Assembly: GCA_964035545.1 (NCBI GenBank)
Contig: OZ037765.1
Coordinates: 16,988,995-17,052,994, forward strand
Source: Bugula neritina
Taxonomy: Eukaryota; Animalia; Bryozoa
Direction of reading: 5' to 3'
Length of the DNA stretch: 64,000 nt
Positions within the stretch are counted from its first letter, which is position 1. Every line of letters begins with the position of its first letter. A model generated the notes under the pieces. That model made no database searches. It saw only the letters and a program-made list of their open reading frames with translations, and was not told the origin of the DNA. Position numbers and translations under genes: made by a program. This document shows, one piece after another, positions 51,347-64,000 of the stretch.

Positions 51347-54300
51347 CATTTTTCCATTTAATTATATTACGTTTCATATCATTGAAATAACATTTTAGTT
51401 GAGGATGGCATAAATGCCTACAGAGTTGGTGGGAGAATGCACTTTGATACAAATCTCACTGATAACCCGGACTATGAAGGGAGCACACCTTCTACTGTCC
51501 ACTCACTGTTCACCGAATGGCCCGATTCACTCTACCATAACACTGGCAATATGGAGCTGGTACGTCCTGTTACTTTCTAAACTACTTTTTGCTTCTAACA
51601 TTCTATATCCTGATACTGTCAGAGTGAAGTTAAACAGGCTACCTTGTTCCGGTATTGGCTGCTTCACTGTCTTATTGATAAATCCCAAAATAGCAATGCT
51701 TAAGCTGCACCTATAGTTTGTTTTATAATAATTGACAATGACCTCTTTATTTAATGTTTTTTCTAGAGACTTGAGTCTGACTTGATATTGTAGTTTGATG
51801 AGAAATGGGAGTTGTGTCGTGAAAACCTCATAATAGGCGATTACATCGGTGAAGGGGAGTTTGGTCGAGTAGTGAAGGCCACGTATAGAACTTGCCTACT
51901 AGATGATTGGTCCCCTGTTGCTGTGAAAATGTTGAAAGGTATGGAATATGGATTTAATAATTACTGTTTTTCGTGCATCTACTGTGAGGATTCTTAGATA
52001 TAAGTTGAATCATACGTTACATATCTAGAGATCTGAATATCTAAGCTTACCATCTAGTTAAAAAGGAAATGATGCATCAAGAGTCTGATGCTTATTAGCT
52101 GCGCCCATGCAAAATGAAATAATACTATTATTAACTTATAGGTGAAGGCTATTCAATGGGGGCACTCACCCCAAAACTTTTTACTATAGGTATTGTAAAC
52201 GAGTTTAAAGACCTCTCATCCCAATAAATGAAAAGAAACTCTAAAATTGTTCTTAATCATAATAAAATAACTACAGATGCTTGATTAAATAGTATTTTTA
52301 TAATAGGTCTTTTGTATTGTCGTGCTAGTTGAGTAATTTTGCACAGCAAAATATTATATTTACTGTAAAGGCATGATAATACCAAAAGCAGCAAGCATCA
52401 AACCAACTTAGTAGACTAGAAGTATTTATGGTAGTCTGGTAATTACTTAATTACAGCTAATTAGATGTCTAGTTCAAGATAAGTGTTATTACACTGCTTT
52501 ACCTGTAGCTGCTAATACATTTTCTTATTGATATACAGCGTTATGGGTATTTTTGTGTTTTCTAAAGCAAGTAAAATGGTTGTGGGTAAATTACCCCTCA
52601 ATGTAATGCACATTTTGTAAAATAACATTCCAAAAAAGTTGATATTTAAGCAATAACTCGATAAGCTCAATATTCTTTGAACTAATAGCGGTATTTGAGA
52701 ATTGATTGGCAAATGCAAATGATGCTGAAATGGTTAGTATTTACTGACTTGCAGATGGGGCGAGCCGAGCAGAGTATAACGATCTACTCTCTGAATACAA
52801 CTTACTGAAGGAAGTGAACCACCCAAATGTCATCAAACTGATTGGAGCAGCAACTATTAACGGTCCGTTTCATTTGGTGGTGGAGTACTGCGAGCTTGGT
52901 TCTCTAAAGAGTTACCTCCGGAGCATAAGAACTCAAGAGCCGGACTACATCAACGCAGCTTGTGAATTCTACTCGGAATATGCGAGTCAGCTGATGAGTT
53001 TCTCCTATCAGATTAGTAAAGGAATGCAGTATCTTTCAGGCATCAAGGTTAGTTGGCTGTGTGAGTAAGCAAGCGCAACCTAAAGTATTTTCCGTTGTGA
53101 GTCATGGCCATCAGTGACTGTGTCGAGATTGCCGTAGTCTACTAATACAAATGGTCCATTGCTACATAATTACTATCATCGTTAACATCATGTCGAAACT
53201 GCTGTGCTAAACCATTTGATAATCACAAAAACTATTTTGATTTTTAGTCTTATAACATATTTTTGCTATAAAACTTTTTCATTACTACTTGCTTTACTTC
53301 TCTTGAAACCTGATTGCATAAAAATATTGAATCTTTAATAAAAGTTCTCAATCTTTGTTGAAAGCAATAAGTTATAAGTTTTTCGAACAGCAAGTTTACC
53401 AAGTATAACCACCATGCTAGCATAAACTTGTATATATCATTATTATTTCTAGCATTTAAAATAGTCTGTTTGGGATATAAAGCAAGCACATTTCAAACAG
53501 TTTAATGTTGAATTAAAAATTTAGACTAAAAACAGTGCATAATTCTACACCCACTAGTAATTACTGTATATGTTATAGACTATATTTTGCTGCTTTAGTT
53601 GGTACATCGAGATTTGGCAACAAGAAATATACTAATATCTGCTGAGAAAGTAATAAAGATCTCAGATTTCGGAATGACCAAAGATATATACGAGGAAAAT
53701 GCCTACAAAAAGAAAGGACAAGGTAGAATTCCGGTGAAGTGGATGGCTCCAGAATCTCTTTATCACCTCACGTACACAGCAAAGAGTGATGTGTAAGTAT
53801 CGTGTAGAAGTGATTGTGTTCGCATCTACTTTATTATAACAATAATTTATTTGTAGTATATGTTTTTTGATGTTGAATCAACAGTAACAAAAATCTATCT
53901 TAAAAGAATGCGAATTAATTTAAGAGTTGTCTACTTGCTTTGACATGCTTTTGTTACAGGTTAACCTTTTGTCCAGCAGATTTCCAACCACTCTCAGAAG
54001 CCTTTTTAAAAATTCTAGGCAATAATATTTCAATTATAAAATTAGAAAGCAATGAATTAATTAGCAAAAATAAAAATAATATAATTATATTATATGATAG
54101 AACACATTTCTAATGTACAGTCTTTTCGAAAGTAATGGTGCACATAAAATTATTACTTGCTTCTTCACAAACATCAAACTACTACTCTAAAATATTTTGA
54201 ATTTCTACATAATAGTAAAACTTAAATTAGAAAAAAAATTGAGGGACAAAGTTTTAACAATAATTAAATTGCAAGTTATTAAAAAAATATAAGAAAGAGC

Positions 54301-55708
54301 TTCTAAAATTTGTATTGTGATGATGACTCCCATGTTACTTGATGTTTGGGTACTATGGGAGAATGTCCCTATTTTAAGGCGCTTTTAGATTCCAAAAGAC
54401 AACATCAAGCATAGGGCATAAATACCATTAGTGAATGATTTATACTGCACCACTAGTGTCAATTGTTGAACACGTATTCATTTGAAGGAAATCCTAAAAA
54501 TAACACTTTTGATAACAATAATATTTATAAAAACATAAACCTAATTGTCATTTAAATGTAAATTTTTAAGAGAGTAAAAATTAACAAAGTGCTTATTTTA
54601 ATGAATTTAGATGGTCTTTTGGAGTGTTACTGTGGGAGATAGCCACACTGGGAGCTACACCGTACCCAGGAATACCTGCAGAAAGAATGTTTAATCTTCT
54701 ACAAGAAGGATACAGAATGTGTCGCCCTGAGACCTGCTCTCCACAGTTGTATGTTTAGTATTTAAACTGCTTAGTGTATTGCATTCTCCTTATATTATGC
54801 TTCTACAGGTAACTCAACATATTATCTAAAATGCCTCTTCTAGTCTTTTTGCTTAATGCGATACTATAAAATAGATCATTACATTATATTTTATTACTTT
54901 ATATGCACAGGGACATATTTAGATTTACAGCTAGTATCCTATCTACTAGTATAAAGTCATTACATGCATTTTCTAACTTGAGCTGAAAAAAGAATTTAAT
55001 CATAAAGGAAGAACAATTAAAATAGGTGGTTATATAATGTTAATTGATTTATATTACAGGTATTCTCTCATGAGAAAATGTTGGGAGTATGAAGATGCCA
55101 GCCGTCCTTCATTCAAGGAGCTGAGTATATCTCTGGAGAAAATGGTTGAAGATAAGAGCTCAGTGAGTGCCACCCACAATGTTATGTTGTCATTACTTTT
55201 TGTCTATTTCTAACTACAGATAGCTAGTCTAATATGCATGTAAAGCCTCAATTGTACCCCACAGTTTGTTTTGCAGACATACTTGGATTTATCTGTGGCA
55301 ATTGCATCACGTAGACCGTGTCACGGCTCATCCAACCTCTCTAACTCTTCTGCAGATAGCGAAGTGCAGCAACTTACTGTTGCCTTACTGCCTAATGCAG
55401 GTAAGTTTGATAAAAATATTTTAGCTTGCCTACAACCCTCCTACTTTATTTCTATTTAGTTTTTTCATTAGCTAGTATGATAAATCGATATCCCAACGTT
55501 TGTTTTCTTTTATAAAACACTATTGAAAATTTGAGGCAAGTTGACTCATATGCATACATACTGTTGTACTTACACTGCAATCCAATGCATCTATCATGTA
55601 GAGGCAAAGTTTGTGGAGGACTATTTGGTATCTAGTAATGGATCGGATGACAAGGCAGAAAGACAGCCCCTTAGATACACTACTCTAGAGTTTGCAGATG
55701 AAGAGTAA
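40287..55708 (+). CDS. RET: RET receptor tyrosine kinase (1058 aa, 19 exons): signal peptide, cadherin-like domains, Cys-rich domain, TM, kinase
   Basis: Exons 40287-40353, 43033-43245, 45144-45356, 47015-47253, 47413-47560, 47860-47972, 48209-48319, 48876-49143, 49820-50014, 50128-50325, 50802-50948, 51399-51559, 51794-51938, 52755-53047, 53599-53792, 54611-54748, 55060-55162, 55277-55400 and 55602-55708 (3177 nt, in frame). Cadherin motifs ([20 protein letters not shown]); CRD CMWR...NFSTCAP...ICPQDC; CxxxC before the TM; kinase [70 protein letters not shown] and YLDL. The ectodomain exons are less certain than the kinase exons. Confidence 0.92.
41023..41063. repeat. Perfect 19-bp inverted repeat with 3-nt loop
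   Basis: TGCTATAACCTAAGAGTAT-GTA-ATACTCTTAGGTTATAGCA. Confidence 0.9.
45723..45885. mobile_element. MITE-like family A copy 2 (RET intron 3)
   Basis: TTAGGAGCAGCAGTGGAGAAATTGAGATAGCCTAAG...ATTTCTCCATTACTGCACCTACCTC closely matches the reverse complement of the ends of 1566-1698. Confidence 0.65.
47640..47845. repeat. Degenerate ~15-bp minisatellite (ATGATTACCTRGTGT-like) in a RET intron
   Basis: Recurring GATCACCTA / GATTACCTA / GATTACCTGG / GAATACCTA units. Confidence 0.6.
51310..51343. repeat. (AT)n microsatellite
   Basis: About 17 perfect AT units. Confidence 0.9.
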
Positions 55709-57029
55709 AGTTGTCTTCTCATAGAAAAAATCTTATTGTTGGACAGTAACTTTCTAGTTGACAATATTAAGAAAATAATGCGGCGGCTTGTCTAAACTCT
55801 AGCATATGCATTGGTTTACTTATTATTAATTTATTGGTAAAAGTATTCAGCAGGCTTTTAGTTAAGTTTTATTTAAACAAAAAGTATGCTAAACATAATT
55901 GTATTATTATTTTCTAGACTTCATCCCAATTATTTCAGCTTATGACATAATGTGTTGAAGCATTTTTTATGCATATACAGTATACCAAATAAATTTTATC
56001 TATTTTAGTGTAGCTTTGCTGTCTGCCAAAGTTAGAATATATGTGGCAAGTACCAATCTTGCTGCATGTTACACTTATTTTTGAATAACCTAATTAAGTT
56101 TTTTATTGAGTTTAATCTTATATCTATCATAAATCTAATTATTGCAAATAGTTATTGATGTGCCGTAAGATGCATAACAGATTGCAATAACAATATAATG
56201 ACTATGAGTTTATGGCCAGAACTTATGAAAACCTACAATCAATTAAAGACTGTGATTTTTTGTTTGTGTGACATTTTGTAAATAGCGTCAACTATGTGTA
56301 AATACTAAAACTGTATTTTTGTATGCAGTGCTCTGTTATAATTATTATCTTTATTGTCTTTGTATTTTATATCAGAATACATGCATATTACACTTCATGT
56401 GTAAAGTATTTGTGCCAATTTTATCTTGTAACTGCTATCATTTCAAAATTACTTATTTGTGCTGAAAATTCACAATAAATGTTGAACTTTCCTCTCTTTT
56501 AGTTTGAAAATCAAATTATTGTAGTAGCGTGGGCTGATTACTATTTGAAATAAATGCATTACAAACAATTTAAACTGAGCTATAACTTTATATGTGGTTT
56601 TGTTGCTTTTTGTAGCTCATAGACAAACTTACAACAAATTCAGATACTGAATGTTACTTTGAAAAACCAACTAATATTTACATACCGGCATGCCAACAAA
56701 CCAGAATATGAAACCACCTAGTAATTCGTAGCCTATATAGTACGATTAAACTTTTTTATTGCCAAATTCATTATTTGAATAAACTTACTTTATTTAATCT
56801 TTGTTTTCAATGAGCATAAATATCTGAATTGTTGGATTATCAGATGTTTCATATTTTATTTACCAAACTTACAAATGTATTAATATACATGTCATTTTAT
56901 GTTGTTCAAGAATTTTTTAGCATTTGTTTTTAAATTGCTAAGCTTGAGTGTGGCTAAGAAAAAGACAAAAAAAAATTCAAAATTTATAAGATGGGAATAA
57001 TTTCCATCCAATCATTTATTAAACAAACT

Positions 57030-57525
57030 AAATCAACATAGCGGAGCGTAGCCTACTTTCCATAATGAACTTGCAAAAAAAACATTATTTATGGCATAAT
57101 AATAATAATGATAATCTACACTTGAAGTGTGCAACAGCAGATATTTACAGCTCTAAATTTTTAGATGGTACCATTAAAGTTTAAATGGTCAAGGGTGTTT
57201 ACCAGAAAACTGAGGTTGAATATTATAACCAACCCATCGAGTAGACATAGCGAGGGAAAGACAACTCTATAAAAACAGGGTCTACTTTTGTTATTGCAGG
57301 AATATCGTTTAAAAGGGAATAATCCGATAGTTGTTTTCTTGAGAAACTTCGTCCATATAATTTGATTGGCAGAAACCAGATTCATGCCTCGACCTTATAG
57401 TTATTGGCAGAAACAAGCCGTTTCGGTTTGTTTATGTTATGGTGGTTATTATTATCAATATTCATATTGGCTTCCAGAGTGAGAGTTATTGAAATATTCA
57501 AATCGGAGCTAACAAAATTGTAAGT
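57030..57525 (+). promoter_or_regulatory. Likely promoter and non-coding first exon of the MARCH gene
   Basis: CpG cluster, reverse CCAAT boxes (duplicated ATTGGCAGAAAC at ~57365 and ~57403) and donor GTAAGT at 57520. Acceptor TTTTTAG at 59380 precedes the ATG at 59426. Confidence 0.45.
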
Positions 57526-57659
57526 AGCCCAAGATTTGCCCCAAGTTATGATTATAATTACTGACAGTAATTCAAAATAGTAAACATACGGAAACGGAGG
57601 AAATACTAAATAGCATGAATATTTAATTTTATACAATTTCAATTTGAACTCAGAGTCAC

Positions 57660-58480
57660 TGTCAGTATTAGTATTACTATTACTATTAGTATAAGATTAA
57701 GTATTAGTATAACTGTACACAATACTTATAAGCATTGATTAAGGTTTTGACTTTGAGGTTGAAGTTGAACTTGAAGTTCATGTTAAGCTTGATGCAACTT
57801 AGAGTTAGAGTATGTTTGACTCCTATGGCTATTGACTATTACTATTAGTATTACATTTACTGTATTAGTATTACTATTAAATTTATTCTATTATACTTAT
57901 AGTTATAGTATTAATAGTAATACTATAAGCATAACTATTAGTATTACTATTACTATAACTATTACTATTACTATTAGTATTACTATTTGAGTATTAGTAT
58001 TACTATTAGTATTAGTGTTAGTATTGGAGACTTTTAATTTTAATTTTGAGACTGATAAAAACTAGAGGATACCTGTACTCACTCTTTGTTTTACTCTCGT
58101 TTTTAGGCTTATGCTATCACTATCAGTATCATTAAACAGTAGATGATAAAATTGAAACTGATGGTTACACGTAATGATGTATAGCAAATGCAATAGGCAT
58201 ACTGATACTCACATTGAATTTGATAGTGATACTGATGGTTTGTCTCATAGTCATTGCTATTAGGATTAGTAACTGTAAGTAGTATTTTACTTCTATTCAA
58301 CTTTTTTTTAATTTCATTTATTTTTTATATATCAGAACTGAAGCTATATCAGTAGTACTAATATTTATCTTAATATGCTATACCTGCTGATTACTATTGT
58401 CAAAATCATAATGATAATTAATAATATCAATATGAACATCAATACTATCATAATCATAATGATAAACACCACAATTGAAG
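57660..58480. repeat. Hexamer-periodic AT-rich island in the MARCH 5' intron
   Basis: AGTATT AGTATT ACTATT ACTATT AGTATA; GAGGTT GAAGTT GAACTT GAAGTT; ATCAAT ATGAAC ATCAAT ACTATC ATAATC ATAATG. Confidence 0.85.
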
Positions 58481-59425
58481 TATTTTAACATCTTTAAGTT
58501 GAACTATTGCACTTACATTATTAATAGGTTTACAGCAGTAACTCTGATTTGTGTTTACTATGCATATATTGTGTTATACTGTTAAAGTTTAGCATAAAAA
58601 GTATTGTGTGTTGGTTGCCAATGTTGATAATAATATTAATAAAATCATAATTTTGTTGAATACAGTGTTATTAACTTCATGTGAGTAATAATTTCCATCA
58701 CAACTTAAGTATCAATCTGCAACAGTTAAAATTTTATAGAATAAAGTTAGGTGGTCAATTTGAATACTAGTCAAATTTAATGTAAATTTAAGATGAATAA
58801 ATAAATAAATTTAAGTCAAGTCTCAAAATAGATTCAACTCGAAGTCGAATAGGAACAGAAGGTCACAGAGTGAAAGTAACTCTAAAGTATTGATGAGTTT
58901 TTTACTTGAAAATACTATTTACCATGACCAGAGCCAAAGTTATTGCCGTCGTCAGTTTTGTTGAATTATTATATTTATTAAAAATTTAACTTATATTTAT
59001 CAGTAGAAAAATCTCTTTTTATCGTGTAGATTTGAAGCATCTATAAGACTACCTACTTTTTGCACATCATGGAAGTATTCACAACATTTGGGTGAAAAGA
59101 ATTTGATCATGAAACTAAATTCATTAGAAAAATAATTTAAGCAATATTGTATCGTATTTTGTAGTTTAATGCAATCCAAGTTGGATGCTTATATAATTAT
59201 ATAATGGTAGAATTATTTATGGCTCATAGCATTTGTTAGCTATAGCAAAAGTTTTGTTGGATTTAATAATTGCTAATTATGGTAATAACTGGATAAATTA
59301 TGTGAGTTCTTTGTAATTGATAAACTAGAAAAGTGGAGCTGTCTCACTGTAATGTATTTACACTACAATTAAATTTTTAGAAACAACTTAGTCATCAAGC
59401 ATTGGAATATTTCATGTTATGAAAG

Positions 59426-61575
59426 ATGAGTTTAGAAAAAATCTCGGATGAGAAATGTGCATGTGACATCTCTGTCGCAGAAAGCATTCACGAGCCAGAA
59501 ACAGCTGATGACAAATCAAAAAGTATCTCTACCTCGTTAATTCCAGCACCAAGTGCATCAAGGACTAACATTTCTCAATGTGCTGATACACAAGCTAACA
59601 TCTCAAACAATTCAAATAACTCTGAGCCACTATCAAACACTCCTTTACTCTCTCTTGCATCAAAGAAGATGGAATTGCTTCTGCCTGCCATATCTTCTCA
59701 TCCAAGTTCTGCAAGTTTCTGTTTATCAGACTCGGTTAGTATCATATCAGCTGAAGAGCTCATACAAAGACGAGAAGCGCTGAAAATATTTAGTAGTGAA
59801 CAGTCAATGGTACTGTCTGCCAGCCGAAGCCTCAGTTTGTTACCAAATATGGTGATAAATTATGAGCTTACTCCTTTCTCCTCCACCATCTCTTCCTTAA
59901 GTCCTTTATGTCGCATCTGTCAGTGCTGTGCTGAAGCTGACAATGTTCTCATCAACCCCTGCAGGTGTGACGGCAGCCTGAAGTACATACATGCAACATG
60001 TCTTCTGGTAAGCATTTTGTTCTCATGAAATGGTTAATCATCTGCTCAGTCTTAAAATAGATCTTCTTTTGAACATTGTAATACTCTAACAGATAGATTA
60101 TTGGTAGTATGTTATTTTTGATATGTGTATATTTTCTAACTTGGTAATTGTTGCAAAAAATTAGCTCTCAGCTATTCTCATGGCTGTGTCGTGCTGAGCA
60201 AGAACTTTTTCTACAGCTCTTTATTTTGGAATCATTTTTTCCTAGAAATGGATCTCGATATCAGCAAAAAGGCGCAAGAATTTTGGACCTGATTTTTGCG
60301 AGCTATGTGGATATATATACAGAAAACACAAACATGTCAAAGTAAGTATTAACCAGTATAAAGCATTCGCTTTTTAGCACTGGGCAAGTGTGCACCAGAT
60401 CATGGGTTCGAATCCCAACAGAGCTATTGGTAATGTCAGGAAGAACATTCTGTCAATATATTGCTTCTATGCCACAGCATACACGTTCTTAGAACTTCAC
60501 TTAAACCCCCTTAAGGTTTCTCACAGTAGGGAAACTTTACATGAAATATGAATCAATGTACTATATTCTGTTTGTGGTGGTGCAGTGTCGCGATTGGAGA
60601 TGGCCTCACATAGCAACTACAGACAAGGTTCTGCATATAATCTTTGTGCTAAGCCTCATCACAATGATATCTTGCGCTGTTGGCACTATACTGTGCTTTG
60701 TCACTGACAGTGATGAGCAACTAGTTTCTTACAAGGTAGGCATCAGATACGTGTTTCATTGTCATGTTATATATCATGTTTATCTTGCACTAAATATGTT
60801 TTCATGTTTATTAAGAAAATGATTTAATACTTGCTTGTTTATGCTTTCTAATTGTTAGCCAGTAACACTTGGTAATTTAAATTTGATTCATAGTGTTTCA
60901 AATTTTATTCCAACAGTACTTGTCAAATGCCAAAATTTTGAATTTATACACAGCACAGTTTAGTATAGTATTGAATTCAGTATGTTACGGTCCACAAATC
61001 TTCCAACCTTCTAGCAAAATAAGGAAAAAGATGGGAACTTGAGTAGAGAAGAAACCATAACCATTGCCTGTGGAATCACTTTCTTCGTTTCTTTCTTTAT
61101 TTCTATGTCAGCAGAAATAAAGGCGGACAAAACGCTTTTTCAGGATTTACGCAAATGTATTAGGTAAGAATGCATCTCAATTTCACATTTTTCCAGTTGG
61201 TCAAGATGATTTTTGAAGGCCTTACTAAACTAATATTGTATTCTGTGCTGAAACTTCCATATTTTCATACCAAGCTCGAAATCTCACCAGTTTTGGCACT
61301 AGTGCTGTTATTTATATGAAAAGTGGTGAACTTTGATTCACACTTGACAAGTCAGATAGAGACTATTTTTGTATACATAATTACCAACATGATATATTAT
61401 ATCACAGTTTATCCTGGTAGTTCAATCTTCATCTGACACTCTAATCGGAGTGTGACTGTAGGGCCACTAGTTTTAAATGTACTGTTTTTTCCATAGATAC
61501 AACACAGTTTGGATGATCGAGAATTATGATACAGAGCACGATCAGCAGTATAAACAGAATCTGGTCAGCAGTTAA
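59426..61575 (+). CDS. Membrane-associated RING-CH (MARCH) E3 ubiquitin ligase with two TM segments, MARCHF4/9/11-like features (351 aa, 5 coding exons)
   Basis: Exons 59426-60007, 60246-60341, 60586-60735, 61015-61163 and 61497-61575 (1056 nt). C4HC3 RING-CH CRICQ...[21 protein letters not shown]...CELCGY, two hydrophobic helices, then N.VWMIENYD, similar to NQQWKVLNYD of MARCHF4/9/11. Confidence 0.9.
60370..60532 (+). mobile_element. tRNA-derived SINE copy (MARCH intron)
   Basis: Perfect B box GGTTCGAATCCC, then TATTGGTAATGTCAGGAAGAACAT and GGTTTCTCACAG, shared with the 36831 copy. Confidence 0.7.
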
Positions 61576-63637
61576 AGGTCATAGCAAAACTGATACAATC
61601 AGCTCAGCCATATTCAGCACAGGATGCTGCTTTACATATTTTTCTCTATTTGCTACATTATTGTTTTGGGCAATCAGTAATATACTTATTATACACTTTA
61701 CAGTATTATGCAGTCTTGGCTAGTGGACTAGTGTACTAAGTCTTCTGATGTATGTGGTTACCTGCATATTGCTTTCATGTTATGCACTAGAGAGCTATGG
61801 CTAATGTACCGATCAATTTTAGCTGCAGCTGGATAAACTGCAGCATTGGAATACGATATAAATCTTACTAGTCACAGTGTGCATCAGAAACTGCTTTATT
61901 TGGTGTGCCAAACGAAAGTCTACTTCTCCAATAAAAACAGCAGATCTGCAGTTCTATTTTTAAAAGTAATTACTTTTGGTTTATATCATCAAAATACCAT
62001 CATAATTGTTTTTAAAGGCCCTTGTGTGGCATTTCTCATACTTTGTAATGTGTAGTTAAATAATATTTTGGTGTTCATGTCTCTGCAATTCTACTCTTCT
62101 ATGTGCCATATTGACTTTCAATTTTTATAGCTAGTTCCTAATAAATGGAAAGTCCCAAGTAATCATTGCAGAAGTTACAGAATATTCAAATGCAAAATCA
62201 ATTCAGCAGATAATTTAATCCAAGACTATTTTAATGTCACAATCATATTTTTTATTCCAATTTAAATTTCAACGTCACTAAGTTTTTTTTTAAAGTTTAT
62301 TTATTTAGTTTTTTGTAGATGATTGATCCATATTCACTATTTGTGTATTATTATGCTTTGCTAAGAGAAAATAAAATTTTATATTTCATGCTGTATAATT
62401 ATATGCATATTTGCAGCATTGAGGAAGGTTATTAATATACTGAGGGCAGATGATCATTTAAAGTAAAACATCATCAAACAATATGATTTGCATCTAATGC
62501 ATTCCTAAGTTGAAATTTCACCATTTTGGCAATAAAAGTTGTTATTGTCTTTGCATCATGTAAAACCCATTAAAACTCACAAAAACCAAATTGCTATAAA
62601 TAAACTCGAGTTAGTTTCCCATGAATATATTGTTTCCCCCATCACGTTTATGCAATCCCGCATTGTGGTTAACATGGTGAGTAGTTAGTGTCTGTGGTTT
62701 CAGGGATGACTTGACATCACGTGTCAACTCAACTTATTAAAATACAGGAATCTGATGACAGAATATGCCAAAGCAAGCATTATATTTCACTAGCAAATTA
62801 CCCTGATCATCCTAAACTAACAGAATGTAATGCTACCCTTTGCAATAGCTCCTCTGAGCCAGTATTGCACATATATAATCATGTTAATTATTACCCTGAA
62901 CTGCAAACAGCTCCCTTAGCCTGCAGGAACGCAATAATAATATAACGTTATGTTAGCATTGATTTAGTTACTGCTGAATATAGCATGCTAGTTACTGTGT
63001 TTACAAATGCATTATAATGCAACAAGGCAGAGTGTGGTTATGGCAGTAATCCACTGAAGTATAGCAAAGCACTACTTGTATTATGATTTATAAATAGCTA
63101 AAAAATAATTTGACTTATGAAATCATCCACAAATAACTAATATCAGCATACAGCAGTTGAAATTTCTACAAACATTGTACAGAATATGTTTCACTTTCAC
63201 TCCAGAGTTATATAACACTTAGGCAGTAGTTTCACACTGAACTATAAATAAACCACTTGATAGACACTACATTTCAGTAAGCCAGTTTGGGGTGCTCAAA
63301 GCAGTTTCCTTTTGTAATGCTGATCCCAATTTTTTGAATCTCTCCTAAAAATATTTTACATGTGAATTGGACAAACAGAGTAATAGTTAGTTCTTGGATA
63401 AAAGTGAAGATCTATAAAGTCACTGAGCTAATGGGGTCCGTAGTCATTTCTCTAAAAACAGTTGAATATATGAGTAATACCAGTTAGGAGTTCAAATTTT
63501 AATTTGATAAAAGTTTGTGACAATCCATGAGTTTACCACCAGTATGAAGTGTATAGAAACAGGCTGAAGGTAGATATTTTACAATATGAGAAAGGGACTT
63601 GGTGTCAGGTGATGCCAAAGGCCTGTCCCTCCTATAA

Positions 63638-63927
63638 AGGCCTGGCCTCACGCTCGTGAGAATCACACGAAATCGTGCACGAGATACTAACAGCAGAAAA
63701 TTGCCAAATAGAGAAACGTGATAGAAATGAAATAATTACTGTTGCTAAAATTATATTGACCAATTAAATGGTGCTTATCGTTGATTGTGATTTTTCGTCC
63801 ATCGTCATCGTTGTGTAAATCCAACGAAAAAGATTTCGTTTGAATTCCCTCAAATTTTCTTGTACGATTGTTTTTTCGTGTCAAATAGACGATTTCATGT
63901 GATTCCCACAAGCGTGTGGCCAGGCCT
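63638..63927. mobile_element. PIF/Harbinger (Tourist-like) MITE, 290 bp
   Basis: TIRs of ~39 bp (AGGCCTGGCCTCACGCTCGTGAGAATCACACGAAATCGT and ACGATTTCATGTGATTCCCACAAGCGTGTGGCCAGGCCT, 4 mismatches). TAA target-site duplication at 63635-63637 and 63928-63930. CpG-rich interior. Confidence 0.88.
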
Positions 63928-64000
63928 TAATGGAGCATTACTCATGGCCTGTTCAAACAATAATAAATACCAGACAGCAGTGGTATTCTGTGGCAGCATA

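Noticed and set aside
60395-60420. tRNA gene (perfect GGTTCGAATCCC)
   Set aside because: No cloverleaf, and it continues into the SINE body, so it is a SINE head.
40287-61575. RET next to a MARCH gene as conserved synteny with human RET and MARCHF8 (both 10q11)
   Set aside because: The MARCH protein here has MARCHF4/9/11-like motifs (PCRCDGS, KWIS, W...NYD), and the human genes are not immediate neighbours. Orthology is unsupported without a phylogeny.

Overview
This is AT-rich, intron-containing animal DNA, most likely an invertebrate bilaterian; the species cannot be fixed from the sequence. It is not a prokaryotic window, so most ORF-track entries are exon fragments or noise. Manual GT-AG splicing gives seven protein-coding genes with consistent reading frames: the 3' end of folliculin (FLCN, +), a FAM20C-type secretory-pathway kinase (+, 533 aa), EBP2/EBNA1BP2 (+, 303 aa), FAM183/CFAP144 (-, 141 aa), METAP1 (+, 371 aa), a full-length RET receptor tyrosine kinase (+, 19 exons, 1058 aa) and a MARCH-family RING-CH E3 ligase (+, 351 aa). 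Repeats include a 5'-truncated RTE LINE with a 15-bp TSD, a decayed Sola-like DNA transposon with inverted repeats, five tRNA-derived SINE copies, a PIF/Harbinger MITE, a small MITE-like family and a 10-bp-period satellite. The most notable observations are: (1) the convergent EBP2-FAM183 pair matches the human EBNA1BP2-FAM183A arrangement; (2) strand-symmetric, 6-bp-periodic AT-rich islands lie in the 5' region or first intron of the three broadly expressed genes but not of RET; (3) this RET has a Trk/InsR-like juxtamembrane NPxY and lacks the vertebrate C-tail NKLY site; (4) an inverted SINE pair brackets an in-frame 807-nt METAP1 exon block. No new biological system can be proven from sequence alone; the hexamer islands are the best unexplained candidate.
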